A stretch of 64,000 nt of DNA from Oscillospiraceae bacterium (GTDB taxonomy: Bacteria; Bacillota; Clostridia; Oscillospirales; CAG-272). A program made the translations under genes and the position numbers. Below the pieces are notes generated by a model. It saw nothing but the letters and a program-made list of their open reading frames with translations, was not told the origin of the DNA and did no database searches. The DNA is taken from assembly GCA_015063645.1 (NCBI GenBank), contig SVTS01000001.1, positions 23,578 through 87,577 on the forward strand, written 5' to 3'. Below are positions 8,116 to 16,746 of the stretch, piece by piece (within the stretch, counting starts at the first letter, position 1; each line of letters starts with the position of its first letter).

Positions 8116-10236
8116 TCAGTCAATATAACCGAGATAATCCATCCAAACCAGGACGTGTGAGGCAAACCCATGATTACAGCTCGCATAAGGCGTGATGTTC
8201 TCCCAGATTGTTCCCGTCATCAGTGCCATGTAGTCAAAATAGCCGCGAATATTTTCGTCCAGTTTTTCTTTCTCTCCTGTCATCCGCAGAAGATCGCAGC
8301 GCAGATAGTTTCCGATAAATGCATTGGAGGGATGGATTTCTTTCCACTTACCGCTTTCCGCTCTGTCCGGTCCAAAATCGTTCAGAAGGATATTCCAGAG
8401 TGTTTTGTCCTCCTCCGGTGTGGCAACGCCGGTAAAGAATGCGTAATACTGACAGGTTTCCGTGCGCTCACCGGAGAGGACTGCCTTTCCGTCCTCTCCG
8501 TACACGGAGTTATCGCAGAAGAAATCCCCCAACAGGCTCTTTGCGCGGATTACCTTTTTCAGCGCATCTGCCTCTCTGCCGAGTCCTTCATCCCCGTACA
8601 ACTCGCTCAGAACTCGCTTGAACTTACAGTAAAGCATATTGGTGGGATAATTGATATCCTGCACCAGATGATTGCATTCGGACCATTCAACAAAGACCCA
8701 TTTTTCCAGTTTTTCCAGAAGTCCGTCCGCATTTTCAAAGCCGCGGAAGTATGCGAGAAGATCGTACATACGTCCCTTTACTTCATCAATAAACTCACGG
8801 TCCCCGGTACGCTCCAGATATTCACCGAGTTCGATGCAGTACCACATCGCCCAGTTGGGAATGAAGTTGCCGTTGGGGTGATCGGAAGGATAGCACATGG
8901 GCAGCATGCCATTCGGCAGATCAGCATAGCTTTCCTCCATCATGAAGTTGGCAAGGAAAGCGTGCTCTACCGTACTCTTGCCGGTAAGCATATACTCAAC
9001 TCTGGAGGTAAAGAAGCTGTCGCACAGCCAGCCTGCCCTCTCTCTGGACGGGCAATCCATATAGATATCCAGTGTGTTCTGGCGGAAGGTCTGCACTGCG
9101 GCATCATAAATTCTGCGGATCTGTTCATCCGCTTTGCTGTTCGGTTTACGGATGATTTCAGACTCATTGAAATCCAGACGGATAATACCGGCATACCGAA
9201 TCTCTGCCGTACCGCCGACGGATGCGATATTGATATATTTATATGTATAGGGCTCCGCTGTGATCAGCGTATACTGCTTTCCGGCTTTCAGACGGTACAG
9301 AACAACGTTCCGGCAGGACATCCGGGTATGATCCACTTTGCCGTCCCTGAGTATTTCATCGAATGTCACGCGAAGCATGGTATCAGCAATGCACTTCACT
9401 TTCAGCTTAATGAATCCGCTCACATCGGTTTTCATCTCTGCTTCCACAAAGCTGCGGTCAAGCAGAACGGATTTGCCCTGAGGCACTTCTCCGCCGTATG
9501 TCAGAATGGTTCTGGCAGCTTCAAACTCGGTAATCACTTCCATTTCATTCATGAGAAAACCGGGATACTTCACGCCGTCGGATTTGAGCGCATGGCTGGG
9601 TTCGCATACCATTCCGGCATCATACTCCGCTTTTCCGGCGGAAACAAACCGAACGATTTCTTCCTCGGGAAGTGCCGGAAGACTTATTTCACGTTCGATA
9701 TAATTCCGGGGCTCCAGAACAGCCAGCGCAGTTTCATCCTTTCCGCTTGAGGATACGGGATCCCAACAGGTAAAATCGTACACCTCAGTAAAGATTCGCT
9801 GGAACGAATACCGCTGTACTTTCCGGACACGCTGATCGTATATATACGCCTTCCACGCATCCGAACCTGTCGGAGAAAAGACGGATGAACCGTCGACGAA
9901 CTCCGCACACAGAAAAGCCTGTTCATCGATCAGATAATAATTACTGCAGTGATATCCGCTGACGAGCACGGATACTTTGTTTTCGGTTTCCGTAAGATAC
10001 TTGCCGATGGGCAGTTTATCTACACGGTAATAACCTCTGCCTGCACGTGCAGGACCGAAGAAAATAAATGCTCCGTTAATATATACCTGATAGCAGGAAT
10101 GACCGGCAAGATGCATTTCCGTATGCTCTCCTGCAGATACAGTACATTCAAAAAGGACTGTACGGTTCATTTCACGCATACCGTCCCGAAGCCAGACAGC
10201 TTCTGCTTTATGGAATGAAACAGATTTATAGTACAT
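8116..10236 (-). CDS. Alpha-L-rhamnosidase-related (GH78-like, six-hairpin) glycosidase, cytoplasmic
   Basis: 706 aa with no signal peptide. The MDCPSRERAGWLCDSFF motif resembles the DCPxRE(R/K)xGWxGD signature at the start of the GH78 catalytic (alpha/alpha)6 domain. Confidence 0.6.
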   Translation of the reverse strand: MYYKSVSFHKAEAVWLRDGMREMNRTVLFECTVSAGEHTEMHLAGHSCYQVYINGAFIFFGPARAGRGYYRVDKLPIGKYLTETENKVSVLVSGYHCSNYYLIDEQAFLCAEFVDGSSVFSPTGSDAWKAYIYDQRVRKVQRYSFQRIFTEVYDFTCWDPVSSSGKDETALAVLEPRNYIEREISLPALPEEEIVRFVSAGKAEYDAGMVCEPSHALKSDGVKYPGFLMNEMEVITEFEAARTILTYGGEVPQGKSVLLDRSFVEAEMKTDVSGFIKLKVKCIADTMLRVTFDEILRDGKVDHTRMSCRNVVLYRLKAGKQYTLITAEPYTYKYINIASVGGTAEIRYAGIIRLDFNESEIIRKPNSKADEQIRRIYDAAVQTFRQNTLDIYMDCPSRERAGWLCDSFFTSRVEYMLTGKSTVEHAFLANFMMEESYADLPNGMLPMCYPSDHPNGNFIPNWAMWYCIELGEYLERTGDREFIDEVKGRMYDLLAYFRGFENADGLLEKLEKWVFVEWSECNHLVQDINYPTNMLYCKFKRVLSELYGDEGLGREADALKKVIRAKSLLGDFFCDNSVYGEDGKAVLSGERTETCQYYAFFTGVATPEEDKTLWNILLNDFGPDRAESGKWKEIHPSNAFIGNYLRCDLLRMTGEKEKLDENIRGYFDYMALMTGTIWENITPYASCNHGFASHVLVWMDYLGYID

Positions 10237-10294
10237 AAAACACCTCGCAAAAATATCCGGCAGTTTATTTCTTCCCGCCGCTTATTATGTACAT

Positions 10295-10323
10295 ATGGTA
10301 TCATGTCATCGGAAACTTGTCAA
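10295..10323 (-). promoter_or_regulatory. Sigma-70-type promoter for GH78-like gene
   Basis: Minus strand reads TTGACA-17 nt-TACCAT with TG at -15/-14. Located between the upstream terminator and the gene start. Confidence 0.4.
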
Positions 10324-10349
10324 TAGTTTTGGTTAAACAATATCCGGAA

Positions 10350-10387
10350 TAAAAATCCCGCTCTGTCATTGCAGGCAGAGCGGGATT
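10350..10387 (-). terminator. Rho-independent terminator after 831-aa gene
   Basis: aatcccgctctg / cagagcgggatt stem followed on the minus strand by TTTTTATT. Confidence 0.65.
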
Positions 10388-10395
10388 CCGAATGA

Positions 10396-12891
10396 TTATT
10401 TTTCCCAGAGGAAATCAAGTTTTTCATGTTCGCCGAAATGCTCTTTCTCCTGCCAGCCGATGTGCAGGACACCGGTTGCATGATGAGCAACGAAGCAATC
10501 ACGCTTTTCATCGTATTCCCAAGCCACATTGGAGCCCATATACATGGGAGCATTGGATCCGTGTTTTTCTGTGAGATAGAAGCACACCGAGCCGCCTTCA
10601 GTAGGATACACAGTAACTTCCGCATCATCCAGTCCTTCCAGAACGATCTTTTCATCGATATTATGATATGACTGGATATTTTCCTGGAAGCAGCGGACTC
10701 TTGTACGGTTCTTCTGCCTGACATAGATCCGGCAGTCGGTATGCATGGCTTTTTCCATAGGATAAGTACCGACACTGTCGCTTACGATGAAATCCATTCC
10801 CTTGGGCGCAGGAGCACCGTCGGGAGTTGTCATATGCATACGGACCGTGGTATCTTTGGCAAAGCTGTTCAGCCACAGGGCCCCACGGCAGCGGGAGAAG
10901 AGGATCAGCGGAAGCTTTGTGGTGATATCGAAGCAGTCAAAGCGCATCAAATAGCCGAATTTCGACATGGAAGCACGAAGAAGTATGGAGGGAACAAAAT
11001 TCTCTGCAGGATTGCGGTATGCCGGCTTGGAACTCTTGGAGGGAATATGCGGGAACGAGCCGCGCACCCATACGATCTGTCCGTCAGCACTGCATACTGC
11101 ATAGGTACGTTTCACACCGTTCTGCGATACTTCCGCGCATATATCTGCACCGGGCAATGCGCATTCCTTTACAGCACCGCCGGACAGCAGAGACTGATGA
11201 ATCAGTTTATTGCTGTAACCGTTGATTTCAGCGGTATCAAGAGGAAGCGAGGTGGTGATTTCCAGATCCCCCTCAATACCGTCTGCAAGTGTCACGCCGA
11301 TACGCGCACGCATTTCCGCAGAGGCAAATTCCGTGCTGCCGTATAAAATCACCCGTGCACCATGCTCCAGTGCATCCATCAGTGCTTTTTCCAGAGCAGT
11401 ACCGGCTTCCGGAACAGGCGTTACCAGAATTGTCTTCAAAAGCTTATTCTTATCCGCTGCGATGAAGTTTCTGTCAGAAATGACGGAGTTTACGGGGAAA
11501 CCGAAATCAACGGCACTCTCAATAAACCAGTCATCCATCATCAGCCTCTCCATCTTTCCCTCACGCAGACCGATGCGGCAGTATTCATCGAAAGGATACA
11601 CCCATGTCACAAGTCCGGGAGCATCCGGATAATCATTGAACGCACTCAGCAGATGCGGAATGACTTCCATATTACATCTATCGGGCATTTTCCCGAAGGA
11701 ATCATCGACGGACAGGAAATCCATTGCCCACGGCTTTGTTACGCCGCAGTTCTCATCCAGACGGGCGATGGACAATGGGAGATAAATATCGTGAGGGGAA
11801 CGTCCGTAGCGGTCAAACCAGGGAGAATTGTGCCACCAGGGATCGTGGATATAATAACGGAACGCATAACCCTTCTCCGGGATTTCCGCAATATGGGACA
11901 TATATCCCACAAGTTCCAGACCGAAACGGTGATCCAGCGCCGCCCAGGGAGAGTTGGGCGGGGACACCAGATTCTTTACTGCGTAGATATCGTCAATCGG
12001 ACAGCCGTGCGCGGCGATATCCATACCGGTGGACAGGTTGCTTCCGCGGGTCTCCACGCGTGTATCGCCAATCTCCCGGGTGAAATATTCCCAGAATTCA
12101 CGGATGCTTTCACGAACCTTTGCCGCGCCCTCAAAATCGTATTTTTCTCCGTCGAAAAGCTCACCTGTCCAGTTCCAGGACTGCAGGGAGAAGCCGAATC
12201 CGTTGGAAAGCCAGATATAATCAAAGCCAAGATCCCGTTTCATCGCCATGAACTGGCGTCCGAGAAATTCTCCCAGATGGGTTCCCTCGGGAATACCGTC
12301 CGGATATGCGGCATATGCTCTCTTTTCCGCATGCATGCGGGAAGCACAGTGCACCCATCTTTTCTTTCCCATGATCGTTCCGGAGGCAATTTCCGGATGA
12401 CGTTCGTACTTAAACCAGGAATAGGCGAATTCCGGTCCGGGATCAAACGTTTCCCCCACTTCGATATCCAGTCCGGTCTCTTCATGACCGACTTTCTTCA
12501 GGGCGGCGATTATATTCTTCAGATCACCGTAGGTCATCTCCGGCGGATTCTCCATATAGAGAAGCGGGAATTTATGAAGGTTGTAATCTGCCTTATTCTC
12601 ATCGGGGTTCTTCTTGAGAGAACGATCCCAGTTGCCGATGCCGATGTAGCGGCACCATTCAAACGCATCCTCCATGTTGCCGGTGTATTCGAGTATTTCA
12701 CTTCCGTCACTTGTCCACAGAAGAATTGCGCATCCGCTGGCATAACGGAGCAGAGGTTTCCATTTTTCAAACAACTCTCGCGCCACAGCTTCACATCCGA
12801 CGGGAGATTTATCGTATCCGAAAGGCTTTAGACTCAACTCAAAACAGACACGACCTACGTTTGTTTCCACACGGTAATCGTAATGATGCAT
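10396..12891 (-). CDS. Large cytoplasmic protein of unknown family (putative glycoside-active enzyme by context only)
   Basis: 831-aa uninterrupted ORF. GGAGG RBS 7 nt upstream of its ATG, and the gene starts 21 nt after the isomerase-like gene. No signal peptide and no motif I can assign. Confidence 0.65.
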   Translation of the reverse strand: MHHYDYRVETNVGRVCFELSLKPFGYDKSPVGCEAVARELFEKWKPLLRYASGCAILLWTSDGSEILEYTGNMEDAFEWCRYIGIGNWDRSLKKNPDENKADYNLHKFPLLYMENPPEMTYGDLKNIIAALKKVGHEETGLDIEVGETFDPGPEFAYSWFKYERHPEIASGTIMGKKRWVHCASRMHAEKRAYAAYPDGIPEGTHLGEFLGRQFMAMKRDLGFDYIWLSNGFGFSLQSWNWTGELFDGEKYDFEGAAKVRESIREFWEYFTREIGDTRVETRGSNLSTGMDIAAHGCPIDDIYAVKNLVSPPNSPWAALDHRFGLELVGYMSHIAEIPEKGYAFRYYIHDPWWHNSPWFDRYGRSPHDIYLPLSIARLDENCGVTKPWAMDFLSVDDSFGKMPDRCNMEVIPHLLSAFNDYPDAPGLVTWVYPFDEYCRIGLREGKMERLMMDDWFIESAVDFGFPVNSVISDRNFIAADKNKLLKTILVTPVPEAGTALEKALMDALEHGARVILYGSTEFASAEMRARIGVTLADGIEGDLEITTSLPLDTAEINGYSNKLIHQSLLSGGAVKECALPGADICAEVSQNGVKRTYAVCSADGQIVWVRGSFPHIPSKSSKPAYRNPAENFVPSILLRASMSKFGYLMRFDCFDITTKLPLILFSRCRGALWLNSFAKDTTVRMHMTTPDGAPAPKGMDFIVSDSVGTYPMEKAMHTDCRIYVRQKNRTRVRCFQENIQSYHNIDEKIVLEGLDDAEVTVYPTEGGSVCFYLTEKHGSNAPMYMGSNVAWEYDEKRDCFVAHHATGVLHIGWQEKEHFGEHEKLDFLWEK

Positions 12892-12912
12892 ACCATTTCC
12901 TCCGTTTAAAAA

Positions 12913-14346
12913 TTACAGAACTTTTATATGGCTGATCTGTGCCATGCGGGTAAAGATTTCAATCTCGCGGGAACGGTCACCGATTCCGAGGGCAAGATGA
13001 TGCGTTGGACCGGCTTCGCACCATTTTTCAACGAACTCCGTTACGGGAACTTTGAAGCGGCACTTCGTATTGGTATTTCCGGTCTGAGGAATCGCACCGG
13101 GGATGGACTCACCGGATGCGGAGATCAGCTTAAGACTGCCGTCACGAGCCACGGAACAGGAGAGGAGTGAAATCGGTCCGGTTTTCAGATTGAATTCCAC
13201 GGAAACGCCGGAACCGGATTTGCCGTGGAAACGCTTCAGCTTTCTGAGAATCGGTTTATTATCGCTGATATTGATATTATGCGGTCCGTCATGACCGATC
13301 AGAACGATATCATCGCAAACGTCAAACGGATGCAGTTCAGCAAAAGATCCGCCCCCGCCGATACGGTTCATGATCATCATAGCCGCAGCAGTTTTCAGAT
13401 CTGCCTCACCGGCGAGAGGGATTCCCCGGCTGGTCAGCAGCGAATTGCCGATGATCAGATTGGCAGCCACAGTTTCGTATTCGTTTCCTCCCTCACCTTT
13501 ATAGAAATACGCAAGTGCGCTGAGTCCGTTATTCTCCACCAGTTTATCCAGTGCCACGGAACAGCGAGCGGCAAGCAGGAGATCATTATCGTGTACATAA
13601 TCCGTCAGAGGATCGTTGGAGGGATCACATATACGGAAGGTGGATTTGATTTCGTCAATACGTGTTTTTACTTCCGCATCGGTTGCGGCATGAACGTAAT
13701 CAACCAGTTCACACATTTCCAGCATTTTCACATGAGCACCGAATGTACCCGCGAAAGCGGTTGCATCAGTGTTCATATCGTACATGCCGTCATAGGTGTG
13801 TCCGAGATAGCCGAATTTTGCATATTTGAAAGCTGCAAGGGCTGCAATTGCACGTTCATACACACCTACGCGTTCGGCGATTGCTTCTGTATGGGACGCG
13901 GTTTCCACAAGATAAAACGGCTTCGCTGCGCCGAGGCGTTCATATACACCGGCAAACTCGGGCATCGAGCAAATATCGTCGTTGCAGAGCTGCATATAGG
14001 TAGTGGTTTTGCCGTAATTCAGCTGATCCAGCGGCTGAATGCCAACAAGGATCTGGGGAACATGCAGATATTTTGCAAACGGGAACAGAACGGCAGATGT
14101 AATATAGGTTGCCATCAGGATGAACAGTGCATCCAGATCTTCCTTCTGAGCGCGTTTCAGGCAGATCGTGGATGAATCAATATCGTCAGCAAAGCCGAGA
14201 TCTATCACCTCACTGTCTGCGGAAAAGAACCTTGCAAAGTCTTTTTGTTTCTGCATCAGTTCCTCTTTCAGTCCGTCAAACTGAGGCCAGTATATGAAGT
14301 GCCCCATTCCGATCAGTCCGATACGCGGTTTTCTTGTATGTCGCAT
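12913..14346 (-). CDS. L-arabinose isomerase (AraA)-like / L-fucose isomerase superfamily protein
   Basis: 477 aa. Blocks GEADLKTAAAMMIM, IGHDGPHN and GPTHHLALG parallel E. coli AraA blocks GEGDWKTAA, GSHMLE and GGAHHTVFS. Confidence 0.65.
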   Translation of the reverse strand: MRHTRKPRIGLIGMGHFIYWPQFDGLKEELMQKQKDFARFFSADSEVIDLGFADDIDSSTICLKRAQKEDLDALFILMATYITSAVLFPFAKYLHVPQILVGIQPLDQLNYGKTTTYMQLCNDDICSMPEFAGVYERLGAAKPFYLVETASHTEAIAERVGVYERAIAALAAFKYAKFGYLGHTYDGMYDMNTDATAFAGTFGAHVKMLEMCELVDYVHAATDAEVKTRIDEIKSTFRICDPSNDPLTDYVHDNDLLLAARCSVALDKLVENNGLSALAYFYKGEGGNEYETVAANLIIGNSLLTSRGIPLAGEADLKTAAAMMIMNRIGGGGSFAELHPFDVCDDIVLIGHDGPHNINISDNKPILRKLKRFHGKSGSGVSVEFNLKTGPISLLSCSVARDGSLKLISASGESIPGAIPQTGNTNTKCRFKVPVTEFVEKWCEAGPTHHLALGIGDRSREIEIFTRMAQISHIKVL

Positions 14347-14462
14347 AGGAATCCTCCTGTTTTTTTCTTTATGGTATCACATTCTCGGCGAATGTGTAAA
14401 TGGAGGAATCAACCATCACGGTACTTTTCGACCATCTTTCCTCGTTTTTTCGCTCCGATCTA

Positions 14463-14491
14463 TTGACAGTATCCGGATTTGCCTGTATAAT
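14463..14491 (+). promoter_or_regulatory. Consensus sigma-70 promoter (TTGACA-17-TATAAT) for AraC gene
   Basis: TTGACA at 14463..14468, a 17-nt spacer, and TATAAT at 14486..14491. Confidence 0.55.
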
Positions 14492-14527
14492 GGCATCATG
14501 AAGGTATTGGGCAAGGAGGGGATACGG

Positions 14528-15343
14528 ATGCAGTTTTCTGATGTTGATTTTCAGATAGATGAGATTCTGCTGGTACACAAGAACTCCCTTGTTCCCCAAT
14601 TCAGATGGACCGGCTACCGCGGCGGCCGCAAGATGGACGGTCTGGTTTTCTCCGTCAGCGGAGAAGCACTTTTCGACTTTGGTGAAGAGAGATTCACTCT
14701 TCTGCCGGGCAACATGATTTTCCTTCCTTCAAACAGCAATTACACGGTGAAATGCGCAGGACAGGAATCTTTTCAGCATTACACGGTCAACTTCCGTCTC
14801 AGAGATATTCATGCCGAGGAAAATGCCTTTTCGGCGGAAATTCTCCGCGGAAACCTGCGTCATATAACGGATGCTTCCCTTTTCTCCCGCTACAGCGGTC
14901 ATTTTGAGCAGCTGCTTTCCGTATGGCAGGGGAAAAACGCTGGATACATGCTTATGGCAAAAGCGTACCTGTACGAGCTTCTGTATCTGTATCTGACAGA
15001 TGCGAACCGTTCTCTGCGTTCCCAGAACGGATATGCCCGGCTGCAGCCGGCACTGAAAATTCTGGATACAGCGTACACGGAAAACCAGAGTATCAACGAT
15101 CTGGCTGAGATCTGCGGAATGAGCGAGACGCATTTCAGACGGATGTTCCACCGGCTGTTCGGTCAGAGTCCGGCAGAATACCGGATTTCAAAACGCATTC
15201 TTCACGCAAAGGATCTGCTGACTGCCGGTCAGTACTCGGTGTCAGAGATCGCCCGTGCAACGGGATTTTCCGACCCCAGCTATTTCAGCCGCGTATTCCG
15301 CGCACACACGGGCATGTCGCCGGTTGAATTCATGCAGAGATGA
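14528..15343 (+). CDS. AraC family transcriptional regulator (cupin + HTH)
   Basis: Start chosen at ATG 14528, preceded by AAGGAGGGG. The ORF-track start at 14294 would overlap the divergent gene and the promoter. C-terminal AraC HTH (DLAEICGMSETHFRRMF..., GFSDPSYFSRVFRAHTGMSP). Confidence 0.85.
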   Translation: MQFSDVDFQIDEILLVHKNSLVPQFRWTGYRGGRKMDGLVFSVSGEALFDFGEERFTLLPGNMIFLPSNSNYTVKCAGQESFQHYTVNFRLRDIHAEENAFSAEILRGNLRHITDASLFSRYSGHFEQLLSVWQGKNAGYMLMAKAYLYELLYLYLTDANRSLRSQNGYARLQPALKILDTAYTENQSINDLAEICGMSETHFRRMFHRLFGQSPAEYRISKRILHAKDLLTAGQYSVSEIARATGFSDPSYFSRVFRAHTGMSPVEFMQR

Positions 15344-15379
15344 TATTAATAAATCAAATTTAATTTTATGGAGGCAATT

Positions 15380-16708
15380 ATGCAGGACATTATTCAGGCA
15401 GTGGAAAAACACAGAGAGCGGATTCTTGCCGCTGAGCGTTTTATCTGGAAACATCCGGAAACCGGATACAAAGAAGTAGAAACTTCCCGCTTCATGGAGG
15501 AATCTTTTATTGAGCTGGGCTATGAGATTGTCAAGCCGGAAAACATTACCGGATTTACCGCCACACTCGATACCGGACGTCCCGGTCCTACGGTGCTGAT
15601 TCTCGGTGAGCTGGACTCCATCATCTGCCCTACCCATCCTGAGGCAGATCCGGTGACAGGCGCGGTTCATTCCTGCGGCCATAATGCACAGTGTGCGGCG
15701 CTTCTCGGTGTTGCGGCTGCGCTGAAAGAACCCGGTATTCTGGACAAGTACTGCGGAAAGATTATGCTCTGCGCCGTACCGGCTGAGGAGCTTCTGGAGA
15801 TCGGTTACCGACGCAAGCTGAAGGAAGAAGGCATTATCCGTTACTTCGGCGGAAAGAGCGAATTCCTCTCCCGCGGTCTTTTTGACGGTGTGGATATGGC
15901 ATTCATGGTACACACATCAAGCAGTTATGCCGTGCGCGGCGGCTCCGTCGGATGCATTGCCAAGAATATCATCTATAAGGGACGCGCAGCACACGCCGGC
16001 GGAAGTCCCTGGGATGGAAAGAATGCGCTTTACGCGGCAACCTGCGGCATGAATGCCTGCAATGCACTCCGTGAAACGTTCCGCGAAGCAGATCTTATCC
16101 GTTTCCATCCGATCATCACCAATGGCGGTGAGATGGTAAATGCGATTCCCGAAGACGTTTATATGGAAAGTTATGTCCGCGGACGCACCTTTAAGGCAAT
16201 TGCAGAAGCCAACAGCAAAATGAACCGCGCGCTTACCGGTGCCGCTCTCTCCATTGGGACAAACATTGAGATCATCGACATTCCCGGCTATGCTCCGCTT
16301 GAAAATGACCGTAACATGATGGAAGTGTCCCGAGAGGCATATGCGCTGCTTTGTCCCGATAAGGAATTCTCTTTATCCAATGCTGTCGGTACGGGAAGTA
16401 CGGACATGGGCGACCTTTCCTGCATTATGCCGGTTGTTCATCCTTACGCAGGCGGCGGCAGGGGTACCGGTCACGGCAATGATTATTACATTGCTGATCC
16501 TGTTGCGGCATGTGTGGACTGTGCCAAGTGGCAGCTTGCCATGCTTCTGATTCTGCTCCGCGACGATGCAGCACGCGCCAAGCAAATCATTGCGGACTTC
16601 AAGCCGAAATTTGAAAGTGCTGCTGCGTATCTCGCTTATGTGGACACTCTTGCCACAGACGGAAACCGTATTGAATACAAAGACGGCGAAGCTGTTGTAA
16701 GACTGTAA
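15380..16708 (+). CDS. M20 family amidohydrolase/aminoacylase-like metallohydrolase
   Basis: The second ATG (15380) has a GGAGG 5 nt upstream. Motifs HPETGYKE, HSCGHNAQ and the overall size fit the M20D amidohydrolase pattern. Confidence 0.7.
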   Translation: MQDIIQAVEKHRERILAAERFIWKHPETGYKEVETSRFMEESFIELGYEIVKPENITGFTATLDTGRPGPTVLILGELDSIICPTHPEADPVTGAVHSCGHNAQCAALLGVAAALKEPGILDKYCGKIMLCAVPAEELLEIGYRRKLKEEGIIRYFGGKSEFLSRGLFDGVDMAFMVHTSSSYAVRGGSVGCIAKNIIYKGRAAHAGGSPWDGKNALYAATCGMNACNALRETFREADLIRFHPIITNGGEMVNAIPEDVYMESYVRGRTFKAIAEANSKMNRALTGAALSIGTNIEIIDIPGYAPLENDRNMMEVSREAYALLCPDKEFSLSNAVGTGSTDMGDLSCIMPVVHPYAGGGRGTGHGNDYYIADPVAACVDCAKWQLAMLLILLRDDAARAKQIIADFKPKFESAAAYLAYVDTLATDGNRIEYKDGEAVVRL

Positions 16709-16746
16709 AGTATCCTATCCGAGGATGGATTGAAAGGACATTTTTT

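Noticed and set aside
14294-14527. N-terminal 78-codon extension of the AraC ORF offered by the ORF track (start 14294).
   Set aside because: It would overlap the divergent isomerase gene start and run through the consensus promoter at 14463..14491. ATG 14528 has a strong AAGGAGGGG RBS.
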